Part shown: one piece after another, positions 43,022 through 54,409 of the stretch | Layout of the letters: each line of letters starts with the position of its first letter | Numbering within the stretch: the stretch's first letter is position 1 | NCBI GenBank assembly: GCA_963695555.1 | Contig: CAVOGR010000001.1 | Span: 672,001-736,000, forward strand | Length of the DNA: 64,000 nt | Reading direction: 5' to 3' | From: an uncultured Gemmatimonadales bacterium | GTDB taxonomy: Bacteria; Gemmatimonadota; Gemmatimonadetes; Gemmatimonadales; GWC2-71-9 | Made by a program: the position numbers and the translations under genes | Notes under the pieces: generated by a model | Seen by the model: only the letters and a program-made list of their open reading frames with translations | Told to the model about the DNA's origin: nothing | Database searches by the model: none

Positions 43022-43288
43022 ATGCGGAAGAGCCGATTCACGGAGGCCCAGATCGTCGCGGTATTGAAGGAGGGGGAGGCTGGGGTGCCGGTGGCCGAGA
43101 TCATCCGGAAGCATGGCATCAGTCGGAACACCTACTTCAACTGGAAGGCCCGGTATGGCGGGGCGACGACCCACGAGCTACGGCGCTTGCGGGAGTTGGA
43201 GGTGGAGAACGCGAAGCTGAAGCGGATGTACGCCGAACTGGCGCTGGAAAACGCTGCGATCAAAGATGTGCTCAACCGAAAGTCGTGA
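43022..43288 (+). CDS. IS3 transposase OrfA
   Basis: MRKSRFTEAQI..RKHGIS..WK.RYGG..LEVENAKLKR. Confidence 0.93.
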   Translation: MRKSRFTEAQIVAVLKEGEAGVPVAEIIRKHGISRNTYFNWKARYGGATTHELRRLRELEVENAKLKRMYAELALENAAIKDVLNRKS

Positions 43289-44146
43289 CGCCGTCCGCGA
43301 AGCGGCAGGCGATCGAGGCCCAGTTGGTGGGGGCCCAGCCGGATCTCGGTGGTGCGGGCCTGTCGACTGGTGCGGTTGGCGCGGGCGGCCTGGTACCGGC
43401 CGCCAGTCCCTGCCCTCGAGCGCGACGCCGCCGTGGTGGCGGCCCTCACGGCCGTGGTGGCGCAGCACGGGCGGTGGGGCTTCTGGAAGTGTTACGCCTG
43501 GCTGCGCAACCAGGGGCACCCGTGGAATCACAAGCGGGTGCATCGCGTGTACTGCGCCTTGCGGCTCAACCGGGCGCGCCGGACGAAGCGGCGGGTGCCG
43601 CGGCGGCCGGGCGTGCCCCTCATGGCCCCACCAACGCTGAACCGGACGTGGGCGCTGGACTTCATGCGGGACACGCTCTACGACGGGCGCGTCTTCCGGA
43701 TCCTCACTGTGCTGGATCACGGCAACCGGGAGGCCTTGGCGATCGAGCCTGGCTTCTCGCTGCCCAGCCGCCGCGTACAGGCGGCGCTGGACGAGCTGAT
43801 CACGCGGCACGGGCCCCCGGCCGCCCTGCGGATGGACAACGGACCGGAGTTCATCGCGGTGACGTTGGCGGCCTGGGCCGAGGCTCGCGGTATCGTCCTC
43901 GACTTCATTCAACCCGGCAAGCCCGCGCAGAACGCCTTCATCGAGCGCTTCAACCAGAGCTATCGGGCCGAAGTGCTCGACGCCCACGTCTTCACCTCGC
44001 TGGCCGAGGTCCGGGCCATCAGCGAGACCTGGCGGGGGCAATACAACATGGAGCGGCCCCACGACAGCCTCGGGCGGGTGCCGCCCCTCACGTTTCTCCC
44101 GAGGCCCACGAGCATCCTGGAGTACCAGCTTCAAGTGTCTGCGTAG
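43285..44146 (+). CDS. IS3 transposase OrfB (integrase core), extra indel near 43340
   Basis: WALDFMRD, RMDNGPEF, PGKPAQNAFIERFN. Confidence 0.9.
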
Positions 44147-44225
44147 CGGGGAAGCTTACCGAGGCAGCGCTCACCACCGCGATTCTCTCTTCATCAGTCC
44201 GAATTTCTGTCCTCCACTGTGTCGA

Positions 44226-44277
44226 GCTAGGGTTTTCCCTAGCAGTTCTTCATATCTACTAGGGTTTTCCCTAGTAG
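44226..44277. promoter_or_regulatory. Tandem palindromes CTAGGGTTTTCCCTAG, candidate operator
   Basis: Two exact copies at 44227 and 44259; variants at 51123 and 54273. Confidence 0.55.
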
Positions 44278-44456
44278 TCCATTCAAAGTCGACTCTCGTG
44301 GAGATCTTCGGCGCTTGACGTGGCTCCGCGTGCAGGCCATATGATGTTCACATCCCCAGTTTAGAGTTGGTTGAGAGTTGGTTGATACCTTGGCTGTGGT
44401 CTGTGTCGCACACACGTGTTCGTACCTTGGAATCCGTTCTAGGCCGGAGAGACTCC

Positions 44457-47400
44457 ATGCATTCACGATCCCCTCATCGGCTCGTCTTGCTCAGTCTGAC
44501 TGTGCTGGCAATCGCTGCGTGTCGCGATGAATTCGAACCCTCTACGCATAACGACATTCCGGGGGTTGCCTTCGCGGCAGTGGCTACGAGTGACACTGCG
44601 TTCGCGAGCATGGACACCTATATCAACGAAGGGAAGCCCGACGAGAATTTCGGAAACCTGCATAGGCTCCGTCTCCGTAAGGCTGGCCGCAACCGGGCGC
44701 TGGTCCTTTTCGACCAGGCGGCGATCCAGGCCGCCGTCGGGACCGGTACCCTCGTATCGGCGACGCTCGAGCTGACTATCAGGTCGGACAAGAACGACGA
44801 CTGGCCACCTTCCGGGGGTACGATCGACATCCACCGCATGAACCAGAGTTGGGCAGAGCTGGGAGCGACATGGCATTGTGCTGCGGACTCTGATGTCACG
44901 AATAGCCAGCCGGATTGCCCCGCTACCTCCTGGGACATGGCCGGAGCTCCCCCATGGGAACCCTCGGTAACCGCCCAGGCGCTGATCACGAATGGTCAGA
45001 CAGGGGTCGTATCGTTTGAGGTAACGCAGGATGTAGCGGCTTTCCTCAGTGGAACGGCCAACCACGGCTGGATCGTCAAGAAGGCCGACGAGAGCCAGTC
45101 TGGGACCGTTCTCTTCCACTCTCGGGACGTCAATCAACCGAGCAACACACCGCCAGCGCTCATTCTGACGGTGGCGGCCTCCACAGTGCCGCCGCAGGCG
45201 CCGGACACTTTGCCCGCCTGGGTGTACAGCGACACCAACGTCGTGTCGAACTCCACCGCCATTCCAGCACCATTTCTCAAGAACATTGTAATCGTGGAGT
45301 TTTTCCCGTCTGCCACGCAGGCGGACCGTGAAGCGGCCGTGGCGCTGGTGGGCGGAATTGCCGTGGGAGGCTACCGTCCCTCCCAAGGTGAGGGAGACTA
45401 CTACATCCAGATCGCCGACACCGCGGCCGGCCAAGGGCTCATCGACGCGGTCGACCAGCTCCAGCAACTTCCCCAAGTTCTTCTGGCCACGTACGAAGTA
45501 GCGGTTGACTTTCACTGGCGAAAGCCCAACGACGGCGCGCAGTGGCAGAGCTGGAAGCTTTCCCCAGATTCGGCGTCCTCCGCGAGCATGATGTGGGCCC
45601 TGGAGGCGATAGCGGCACCCCTCGCGTGGGGGTGTAGTGTGGGAGATTCCTCGACGGTCGTCGCGGTGGTCGATGGTGGTTTCAAGGCTGGTCTGCCCGA
45701 CCTCGGTAACCTGAGCATCATGACGCCCGGGGTCACCTCCGCAGGGGAGCACGGAGTGAATGTCTCTAGTGCGCTCGGTGCGACAGGAAACAATGACTCC
45801 CTCATGACAGGGATGATGTGGAAGGGTGACGTGCGCGGCTACGATTTCGGGTACATCAGCCAAGGACCTAATTCCCTCGCCTGGACCAGGTTGGCGATGC
45901 AGCAGCTCCAGCAGGCAGGGAGGGATGGTGCAAAGATCATCAACCTTTCGTTGGGCAAGGACTGGAACCCCAACGTGACGTTAACCCCCCAGAGGAATCT
46001 TCTCTTAACCGTGTACGGCAACAACTTAGAACTTGCTCTCTTGTCCCTTCAGTTGCAGGGCCATGAACCGTTAGTTGTCGTCTCTGCCGGGAACGACCGG
46101 GTCGATGCGGCCTTTAGTGGGTTCCCCAGAGCGAATGCGGTAGGTCGATTGTCTGCTAACCGCATTCTCGTTGTGGGAGGCAGCGACGATCAGAGAAACT
46201 TCTATGTAGACGCCCAGGGGGGGTCGAATGACGGGAACCTGGTGGATGTGGTCGCTCCAGGAAAGCAGGTTGTGTTTCTCGACAGCGTTGGTCAGCTCCA
46301 GAGCGACAATGGAACTTCATTTTCGGCTGCATATGTCAGCGGCATCGCCGGCCTGTTGCTCTCCTTTGACCCTACTCTTACGGCGGTTGAGCTTCATAAC
46401 CTCATCATCGATGGCGCACAGCAAGGCAATCGAACGGTCCCAATCGGTGGAACCCACTACCTTGCCAACGCGTACGAGACCCTCAGGATGGCTGCGCGTC
46501 GGCCCGGTGCCCCCCTCTGCGGCAATCGGGTTTGGACCGTCGGCGGGCAGGTCTTCGCCGAACGGGTGCCCGGCGATCCTCCGGAGCCTCTGGCAACCCT
46601 GGCGGACACGCTGAGCGAGACACGCGTACATCACGGCGGACGCCGGATCGATCTCCGATCGTTCGGCGCGAGACACAGCCTCCTCTACAGCAACGGCACG
46701 TGGACGCCGGCTCCGGACCCGTCGATCCTGCCGGACGGGCTGCCGGGAGGGACGGCGTACTCGTGGCTCGCGATCTCCCACGGCTTCGACAGTATGGCTG
46801 TCCTGGAACCCTCTGGTGGCGCGGGGCCGGACATGGACGTCGGTATCTTCGACGTGTATTCGGGCAGCACCGTCCATCTCGCCACCGTACCGGCTGCCCT
46901 ACCGCCATTATCCTCCTCGGCACAATGCATCCGTCTGCTTGCCCAGTTCACGAGCGACAGTGTCCCGGTCTTCACGGGGTACCGGTGCATTGACTCTGTT
47001 TTTGTGGGCACAGGCTATTCAGCAGGATTCACTCCTTCATTCTCGCCCTTCAGTGATTCCGTTTACGTGGCGGTGACCCTGTCCAGCTCGAGCACGACGA
47101 GCTCGGGGCCTCCAACGGCTCCCTGTCCGTGGTCCCAGCTGCAGAATGGACATGAGACACAACTGTGCACGTCATCGTACACGAGCACCAGTAATGGAGC
47201 GGTGAACACGGATTTCTGGGCAGTGCAGAAAAGGCAGAACGCGACGCCATCCCGCCTGCCATGGTCCATTCCAGGGTCGATTTCAGCTGGCGGTGTGGTC
47301 GGCATGGCCCTCAGCGAAGACGGAACACAAGGAGTATTCGACGTCTATGCTACCTCGAGCAGTACCACCTTCACCCCCCAGACGATCACGACGCAAGGTG

Positions 47401-47582
47401 GTACTACCATCAATGGTTTCTTCGTCAGCAGCTCTCAATCCTCCGAGAGCTGTGCGTATGCTTTCCTCGACCTCGCCAGCGGTCAGCCAACCCGCCAAGC
47501 AGTCGATCTGAGCGGAGCATGCGTCTTCACTGGTGGCGGAGGGACGATTTCGCCGCTGAGAGCGGGGCTGTCCAGGAACTGA
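44457..47582 (+). CDS. S8 subtilisin-like serine protease lipoprotein with N-terminal DNRLRE/CBM96-like domain
   Basis: Lipobox IAAC; DTYI..PDENFG..RALVLFD..SATLEL..NHGW; triad VAVVDGG, EHG, SAGN, NGTSFSA. Confidence 0.88.
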   Translation: MHSRSPHRLVLLSLTVLAIAACRDEFEPSTHNDIPGVAFAAVATSDTAFASMDTYINEGKPDENFGNLHRLRLRKAGRNRALVLFDQAAIQAAVGTGTLVSATLELTIRSDKNDDWPPSGGTIDIHRMNQSWAELGATWHCAADSDVTNSQPDCPATSWDMAGAPPWEPSVTAQALITNGQTGVVSFEVTQDVAAFLSGTANHGWIVKKADESQSGTVLFHSRDVNQPSNTPPALILTVAASTVPPQAPDTLPAWVYSDTNVVSNSTAIPAPFLKNIVIVEFFPSATQADREAAVALVGGIAVGGYRPSQGEGDYYIQIADTAAGQGLIDAVDQLQQLPQVLLATYEVAVDFHWRKPNDGAQWQSWKLSPDSASSASMMWALEAIAAPLAWGCSVGDSSTVVAVVDGGFKAGLPDLGNLSIMTPGVTSAGEHGVNVSSALGATGNNDSLMTGMMWKGDVRGYDFGYISQGPNSLAWTRLAMQQLQQAGRDGAKIINLSLGKDWNPNVTLTPQRNLLLTVYGNNLELALLSLQLQGHEPLVVVSAGNDRVDAAFSGFPRANAVGRLSANRILVVGGSDDQRNFYVDAQGGSNDGNLVDVVAPGKQVVFLDSVGQLQSDNGTSFSAAYVSGIAGLLLSFDPTLTAVELHNLIIDGAQQGNRTVPIGGTHYLANAYETLRMAARRPGAPLCGNRVWTVGGQVFAERVPGDPPEPLATLADTLSETRVHHGGRRIDLRSFGARHSLLYSNGTWTPAPDPSILPDGLPGGTAYSWLAISHGFDSMAVLEPSGGAGPDMDVGIFDVYSGSTVHLATVPAALPPLSSSAQCIRLLAQFTSDSVPVFTGYRCIDSVFVGTGYSAGFTPSFSPFSDSVYVAVTLSSSSTTSSGPPTAPCPWSQLQNGHETQLCTSSYTSTSNGAVNTDFWAVQKRQNATPSRLPWSIPGSISAGGVVGMALSEDGTQGVFDVYATSSSTTFTPQTITTQGGTTINGFFVSSSQSSESCAYAFLDLASGQPTRQAVDLSGACVFTGGGGTISPLRAGLSRN

Positions 47583-48006
47583 GTCGAAGTGCATTACGGC
47601 GGGAACTGGGCTGCCACAAGCCCGCCTGATCGCGGGAGAGGCCAGATGGCTCCGAATGCCGGGAACGTCTACGAACCCAGTGGGTTCGGATCTCCGCCAT
47701 TCACTCTCTGACAGCGTCAGCAGTGAGAGGTGCATGCTTCTGTGGCGATCCTGCGACTTACGAAAGCCGTGGGTCCATACTCCGGACTATGTAGCAATGC
47801 CGGAGCCCACTCGCTTGCCATGATGGCTGACGGAACTCCCGCCGACGCGCAACGATGGTATCTTTGAGACGAGCGCTTATTTCCCACTGGTTCCAAGTCA
47901 AGAGATGACCGGCCTAGTCTCAAACGCCTCGGAGGGACGTGTGGCAATCCGAACGACCCTAGAGTGCCTACCATCTGCGAACGCTGAGCCGAAGAGCGTC
48001 GCTGGA

Positions 48007-48504
48007 GTGGCGAGTTGTTGTCTGGGTGTCGCCGTTTTCTTGGGAGCTTGCGCAAGTCCTCAACCGGGTGATGGATGGCAGTCGCCCGAGCCGGTCACGA
48101 ATGAACCGGTGCTGGCGCAGCCGGTGGACGCCGAGGCTCGGGTATACCGAAGCGGGAGTAGTGGAATGGGACCGCCTAGAAGGATCGTCGTGCGGGATAG
48201 CATGGAGTGGGATGCGGTTTGGGCCCGCGCCACGAGTAACTATGGTGCGCCACCGCTCAAGCCTCGCGTCGATTTCAGCCGCCACATGGTGCTGGTTGTG
48301 TCGAGCTATGGCTCACCACCCGACGAGATCCGGATTGACAGCCTTGCGGTGCGAGATCGCGACATTATTGCGGTCGTTTGGACCATGAGGTTGTGCTCAC
48401 CCTTTATGAAGCGGGCAGCCCCGGTGGACATGGTCCTCGTGCCCCATACCACCGGAAAGGTGCGGTGGGTGGAGCGAGCGAACCGGCCCAACTGCCTGGA
48501 GTAA
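48007..48504 (+). CDS. PrcB-like lipoprotein
   Basis: Lipobox LGAC; W..W..P.VDFSRHMVLVV..IRIDS..PVDMVLVP resembles PrcB C-terminal domains. Start uncertain (ORF opens at 47905). Confidence 0.6.
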   Translation: MASCCLGVAVFLGACASPQPGDGWQSPEPVTNEPVLAQPVDAEARVYRSGSSGMGPPRRIVVRDSMEWDAVWARATSNYGAPPLKPRVDFSRHMVLVVSSYGSPPDEIRIDSLAVRDRDIIAVVWTMRLCSPFMKRAAPVDMVLVPHTTGKVRWVERANRPNCLE

Positions 48505-48641
48505 CTTGAGCCTGAATGCCAGCTGGTCCTTCAGGCTGGCCGCGCGCCGGCTTGAGCGGGTCTCCCGGCCAATGAGTGCGAGCGCCGGAATGAGAGGCAA
48601 GTAGTGCATTCGAGACGCTTTCACGCACGAGTGGCCCAGCC

Positions 48642-51066
48642 ATGACCGCTCCCGGGTATGCCGACGTAGCGCTCCCGCTCCCCATACCCGCGCCCTACAC
48701 CTACCGCATTCCCGACACCCTTGGCGACCGGGTAACACCCGGCGCCAGGGTTGTGGTGCCGGTCAGGAGCCGCGAGGTGATCGGCGTCGTGGTCAAGGTC
48801 GATGTTTCAGAGCCTGAGGGCCAAGTCGAGCTGAAGTCGATCCTGGGCACGCCCGACCCCGAGCCGGCGCTCACGACCGAGCTGCTCGAGGTCGCCACCT
48901 GGATGGCCGGCTATTACGCGGCGCCTATCGGGTTGGCGCTCAAGGCGGTGTTGCCCGGTGGCATGTGGGGTGCGTCGAAGGTGATGCTTCGCGTGGTCGA
49001 TTCATCGAGGGTGCCGGGCGGCTTCGGCGCCGAGTTGCTCAGGTGGGTGGAGGACAAGGGCGGCGAGGCATCGGTCAGTGCGGCGGCCAAGAAATTCAGG
49101 AAGCCGGTGTGGGACGCGGCCGACCGGCTGGCGCGGGTGGGTGCGGTGGAGCTTCGCGTCGAGCCGCCCAAGATTGGCGTCCGGCCCCAGACCGAGCGAG
49201 TGCTGGTGCTCGCGCCTGAGCAGCCGACACTCGTTGAGCGCCAGACGCTGTTCAAGGGGCGTCCCCGCCAGCGCCAACTGTACGAGGCGCTCGAGGAATT
49301 GGGCGGCTCTGCTCCCGTGCCTCACTTAAAGGAACGGCTCGGCTTCAGCGATGGTGTCATCAAGGCCCTGATGGGCCATGGGTTGAGTCGGGTGGAAGAG
49401 GTCGAGACCCTGCGCGACCCCTTCGCCGGTCAGGCAGGCGTCCCGCCACCGCCCGAGCCCACCGATGCACAGGTCGACGCGATCAGCAGACTCGAAACGT
49501 TGAGCCCCGGCGAGGGTGCGCTCTTGTTCGGCGTGACCGGAAGCGGCAAGACGCTGGTGTACTTGGAAGTGATCCGGCGAGCGCTCGAGCGGGGACGGGG
49601 GGCCATCGTGCTGGTGCCCGAGATCGGGTTGACGCCGCAAACCGTGAGTCGGGTGCGCGGCGTCTTCGGCGACAGGGTGGCGGTGCTCCATAGCGGGTTA
49701 TCCGAGGGCGAGCGGGCCGACGCCTGGCGGGCACTCCGTCAGGGCGAACGGATGGTGGCGGTGGGCGCTCGATCGGCGGTCTTCGCGCCTGTCAGAGATC
49801 TCGGTGTTATCGTGATCGACGAGGAGCACGAGGCCACCTACAAGAACGGCGAGACGCCGAGGTACGATGCACGGCAGGTGGCAACGGTGCGCGCCCGGCT
49901 GGAAGGCGCGCGCTTGATCTATGGTAGCGCAACGCCCTCGCTCGATACTGCGGCAAGGTTAGACAAAGACCTGATACGGCTGAGCCTACCCGATCGGGTG
50001 GGTATGCGCCCCATGCCCGAGGTCAAGCTGATCGACTTGAAGCACGAGCCGCTAGTGAACGAGGCCCGCCCCATCCCGTGGAGCGAAGAGCTGGACCGGG
50101 CCGTGGTCCAGACCCTGGAGCGGGGCGAGCAGGCCATGCTGCTGCTCAACCGCCGCGGCTTCGCCTCGTTCTTGATTTGCCCCGACTGCGGCGAGGTGTG
50201 GATGTGCGGCCGCTGCAGCATCTCGCTCACCGTTCACACGGCACCTTCCACGCTGCGTTGTCACTATTGTGGCCGCGAGGAGCCGATCCCTTCCGAGTGC
50301 CCCCGGTGCAGCCACGCCATTCACCGGATGCGCGGCATTGGCACCCAACAACTCGAGCGCATGGTGACCGAGCGTTTCCCCAAGGCTCGGCTTGCCCGAA
50401 TGGACTTGGACACCACCAGTACCAAGTGGTCGCACCACAAGATCCTCGGTGCCGTTGAGCGCGGCGAGGTGGACATCTTGCTCGGCACCCAGATGATCGC
50501 CAAGGGATTGGACTTCCCGAACGTGACGCTGGTCGGGCGTGGTCGACGCCGACACGGCCTTGTACCTACCAGATTTTCGCTCGGCCGAACGCACCTTTCA
50601 GCTGTTGGCGCAGGTGGCGGGACGAACCGGGCGGGGGCCGAAGGGCGGGCGGGTGCTGGTCCAGACCCGGCGGCCCGATCATCATGCGTTACGATACACG
50701 GTCGACCACGACGTCGAGGGCTTCCTGGCCGAGGAGCTGGAGACCCGGAAGAGCCCACCGTATCCACCGGAGGTGGCGCTGGCCAACGTGCTGATGTCCG
50801 GCACCAATGACGTAGCGGTGGGGCGCGAGGCCGCGCGGGTGGCCGACTGGTCGGCTGCGCTGGTGCAGCAGCAGGACCTGCCCGTCACGGTGCTAGGCCC
50901 CGCGCCCGCGCCGTTGGCCAAGATCAAGGACCGGTGGCGCTGGCACGTGGTGTGGAAGGGAGACTCTCAGGCGATTGGGCGGGTGGTGCGGTATGCGGCG
51001 GAGCGGCTGGCGGGGAAGGGTGGGGTGCGGGTGGTGATCGACCGGGATCCGGTGAGTTTGTTGTAG
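48642..51066 (+). CDS. priA: Primosomal protein N' (indel near 50535)
   Basis: GVTGSGKT, DEEH, SATPS, four CxxC, GTQMIAKGLDFP; next frame DFRSAERTFQLL.QVAGRTGR. Confidence 0.95.
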
Positions 51067-51199
51067 GTTTGCAGGTTGCGCGTCTAAGGATTGTGCAACC
51101 AAGGGAGTGGACCGCTAAACGGCTAGGGTTTTCACTAGCCTAGAGAATCACACTTGACCCATCCTAGCCAACCTCCGATGCGGGCCTAGCGCGAGCGCG

Positions 51200-51570
51200 T
51201 GCTCTGTCCCCCGGTTCATGCGACACTTAGGGGTCTAGCAGCTGTGCCTCTTTCGGGGTCCGTTCGCGCCGGTACTCCCGTGGCGCGCGGTGCCCCAGCG
51301 CCGAGTGCGGCGCATGTTCGTTGTAGTCCTCGAGCCATTGCGGGAGCTGTCCCAGCACCGCCGCCGCACTCGAGCAGTCGGCCCCGTCCACATAATCCCG
51401 CTTCAGCGTATGCACAAACGCCTCGCTCATCCCATTGGACTGCGGGCTATAGGCCGGCGTCGTGATCGGGTGCAGGTTCAAGCGTTCCGCTTCCCACTCC
51501 GTCGCGAGGGCGGTGTAGATGCTGCCGTTGTCGCTCAGCCACTGGATCGGCTCAGCTCGGCAGTAGGAGA
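51200..51570 (-). mobile_element. Truncated IS3-family (IS2-like) remnant: right end and C-terminal integrase fragment
   Basis: WLSDNGSIY..SPQSNGMSEAFV.TLKRDY..YNEHAPHSALG; end reads ..GGGGGACAGAGCA on the minus strand; 5' part absent. Confidence 0.8.
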
Positions 51571-51576
51571 CTCGGT

Positions 51577-52659
51577 TTGAGAAGATATCCCACACGCGTG
51601 CGGCAGGCCGCACACGCCACCTTTGCGCTATGCATTGCCGCCTGCACCGAACCCCCCGCCATCACCCCTGAGATCATCATCTCCTCGGTCGACACGCTAG
51701 TTCGTATGGAGACGGAGCTTTTCGACCGGGCGTCCGAGGTCACGCTGGGGTCGGATGGCCTTCTGTTCGTCACTGATGTCGGCGCGTCGCGCATCTTCGT
51801 GTTCGATACTACGGGGCAGCCGGTGCGTGAGATCGGGCGGGTCGGCGCGGGGCCGGAGGAGTTCCAAGTGCCTCGGTCGCTTACGCCGATCGGAGACACG
51901 TTGTTCATCGTGGACGGCATGAACGGTCGGCTCCAGCTGGTGACGTCGGCCGGCGTGTTCCTCGGCACGTCTCTCCTGCCGCCCATCACCTTTAGTGGAG
52001 CCGTGGCCCTGGCTTCGAGAGACGGCGGCAGGCCTCACATGCTGGTCAGCACCGGCGGTCACGACAGCTCGCTCGCGGTGCTACTTGATCCGGCCGGTAC
52101 GGAAGTGCGTCGCTTGGGTCAGCCTCCAGCCGCAGTGCCGGAAATGACCGACTTCGTCGCGGTGAAGCGGGAGATTGCAGACGGGAAGGTGCCCGCCATG
52201 TTCCGCTCGATCGTTGTGCCGGCCCTCGCGTCCGACCTGAGCGCCTGGTTGGTCTTGGCGGGAGAAGGTGAGGTACAGCGGTACAGCAGCACGGGCGAGC
52301 TCCTCTGGACCGCACCGATTGAAGATCCCGGGTTCGAGTTGATCAAGGACCGCTTCTTCGAGCAGAACCGCGCCGACCCCGACCCCAGCCGTCTCTATTC
52401 GCTCAGCTATGTGACCGCAGCTCGGCAGCAGGGCCAGAACCTCTGGCTCCTGTTGCGGATGCCGGAGGACGAGGGCGCGCGATTGATTGTTCTCGGCCCG
52501 GACGGCTCGATCCGCTCTCGTATCCAGGTGCCTGGGGCCATCGGCGTCCGGTCGTTCGACGTCGATCCCCAGAGCCGGTCACTCTACCTGATGGCGTACT
52601 ACGACGGTACGCTCCTCCGCGCCCGGCTTCCCGGGGAGGGAGGAAGGAGTGAGGAGTAA
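51577..52659 (+). CDS. 6-bladed beta-propeller lipoprotein
   Basis: Lipobox IAAC; LFVTD..IFVFD..IGRVGAGPEEFQ.P. Confidence 0.75.
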   Translation: MRRYPTRVRQAAHATFALCIAACTEPPAITPEIIISSVDTLVRMETELFDRASEVTLGSDGLLFVTDVGASRIFVFDTTGQPVREIGRVGAGPEEFQVPRSLTPIGDTLFIVDGMNGRLQLVTSAGVFLGTSLLPPITFSGAVALASRDGGRPHMLVSTGGHDSSLAVLLDPAGTEVRRLGQPPAAVPEMTDFVAVKREIADGKVPAMFRSIVVPALASDLSAWLVLAGEGEVQRYSSTGELLWTAPIEDPGFELIKDRFFEQNRADPDPSRLYSLSYVTAARQQGQNLWLLLRMPEDEGARLIVLGPDGSIRSRIQVPGAIGVRSFDVDPQSRSLYLMAYYDGTLLRARLPGEGGRSEE

Positions 52660-52824
52660 GGAGTGAAGAGTGAGAGGGACCGATAGCCGTTAGCTGATAG
52701 CCGATAGCCTCCCTTCTCCGATCACACCAATCGCAATTCGGCCGGCTCCACCCTTGACCCAGCGCCTCGGTCGCTGCATTACCAATCACAATCTCAATTT
52801 CATGGGTTCGCCGAGGGGGTCCGC

Positions 52825-54089
52825 GTGAAGTTCCCGTCCATGTTCGCCGTTCTCGCCCTTGTTCTCTTCTCCTTCTCATCTCCGACCATCGTCAACGCAC
52901 AGTCTTCCGCCTGCCGCGACTGTCACGGGCAGGGCACGCCCGGCATCGTAGCCGATTGGGAGGCCAGCAAGCACGGCGCCCGCGGCGTCGATTGTGCCGT
53001 CTGTCACGGCAGCGAGCACAATTCGGCCGAGACGGTCGCGTTGGCCAAGATCCCCACCCCGGAGACTTGTGCCATCTGTCACGCCGATCGGGTCGCACAG
53101 TTCAAGAGCGGCAAGCATGCTGCCGCCTGGGCCGCCTTGAACGCGATGCCCACCACCCACTGGCAGCCGATGGCGCTGATGCGAGGGCATGAAGGGATGC
53201 GGCGGGTGCCACAAGATCGGGACTGAAGACCGAGGCGAGATCCGACGCTCAAGGAAGAGGGCGGTGGATTCGGGGTGGCCTCGTGCGACGCCTGCCACAC
53301 CCGGCAACTCTTCTCGGTGAAGGAAGCCAGGCAGCCCCAGGCCTGCCAGACCTGTCACATGGGCTTCGACCACCCGCAGTGGGAGATGTACTCGGGCTCG
53401 AAGCACGGGGTACGTGCTCTGCTCAAGCAGATCGGCATCCTGCCCGAGACGGCCGCCGCTCCGACCTGCCAGACATGCCACATGCAGGAGGGGAACCACG
53501 AGGTCCGGACCGCGTGGGGGTTCCTGGCCGTGCGGCTCCCCATGCCCGACGACCAGCAGTGGGCCGCCGACCGCGCCACCATTCTCCAAGGCGCTGGGCG
53601 TGCTCGATCCCGACGGCAACCCGACCGCGCGGCTCGACGTGGTGAAGGCGGCCGACGTGGCTCGGCTGACCCAGGAGGACTGGCAGCGGCGAGCGCGACA
53701 AGATGCTCGCCACCTGCGGCCAGTGCCACTCGGCCAACTTCGCCAAGGGCGAGCTGGACAAGGGCGACGACATGATCCGCGAGGCCGACCGTCTGATGGC
53801 CGAGGCGATCCGGATCGTAGCCGGGCTCTACAAGGATGGCCTACTCGAGAAGCCCGAGGCCTACGCCTACGCCTTCCCCGATCTCCTGACCTTCCACGAC
53901 GCGGCGACCACGATCGAGCAGAAGCTGTTCGTGATGTTTCTCGAGCACCGCATGCGCACGTTCCAAGGCACGTTCCACGCGAGTCCCGACTACGCGCTCT
54001 GGTACGGCTGGAGCGAGATGGTGCGCGACCTGACGGAGATCAAGGAGCTGGCGGAGGAGATGCGGGAGACGTGGGGAGTGAGGGAGTAA
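52825..54089 (+). CDS. Octaheme HAO-family cytochrome c, copy 1 (several indels)
   Basis: Near-identical DNA to 56679-57926; frame breaks at ~53180, ~53235, ~53590, ~53690. Confidence 0.85.
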
Positions 54090-54409
54090 GGAGTGAGGAG
54101 GACCAATAGCCAATTGCCAATAGCAGGGTGGTGGGTTGGAGGGGCCCGCACGGCCCCCGTCGCTTTAGCGACAGCAGCCGAGTCTCGACCGGAGGAAGTC
54201 CTTTAGGGCGGCTTTAGCCGAGGGCTCCCGATGCCGAATCCTCTCAAGAGCGATGCCGGGGTGTCACGAGCACTAGGGTTTTCCCTACTGCTGCAAGTCA
54301 AGGAGAGACAGCGCACGGCGAAAGCACTAACACCGAGAGTTTCTTCGCCTTCCTTTCACGGGTCCTTCATGAGCCCGATGGAATTCTGGCCTGAACCGAA
54401 CCCACTCGT

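Larger units (their letters stand above)
42953..44160 (+). mobile_element. IS3-family insertion sequence (IS407-like)
   Basis: Imperfect terminal IRs GGTAAGCT-CCCC..AGACA.TTGAAG / CTTCAA.TGTCT..GGGGAAGCTTACC; orfA HTH plus orfB DDE. Confidence 0.93.
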
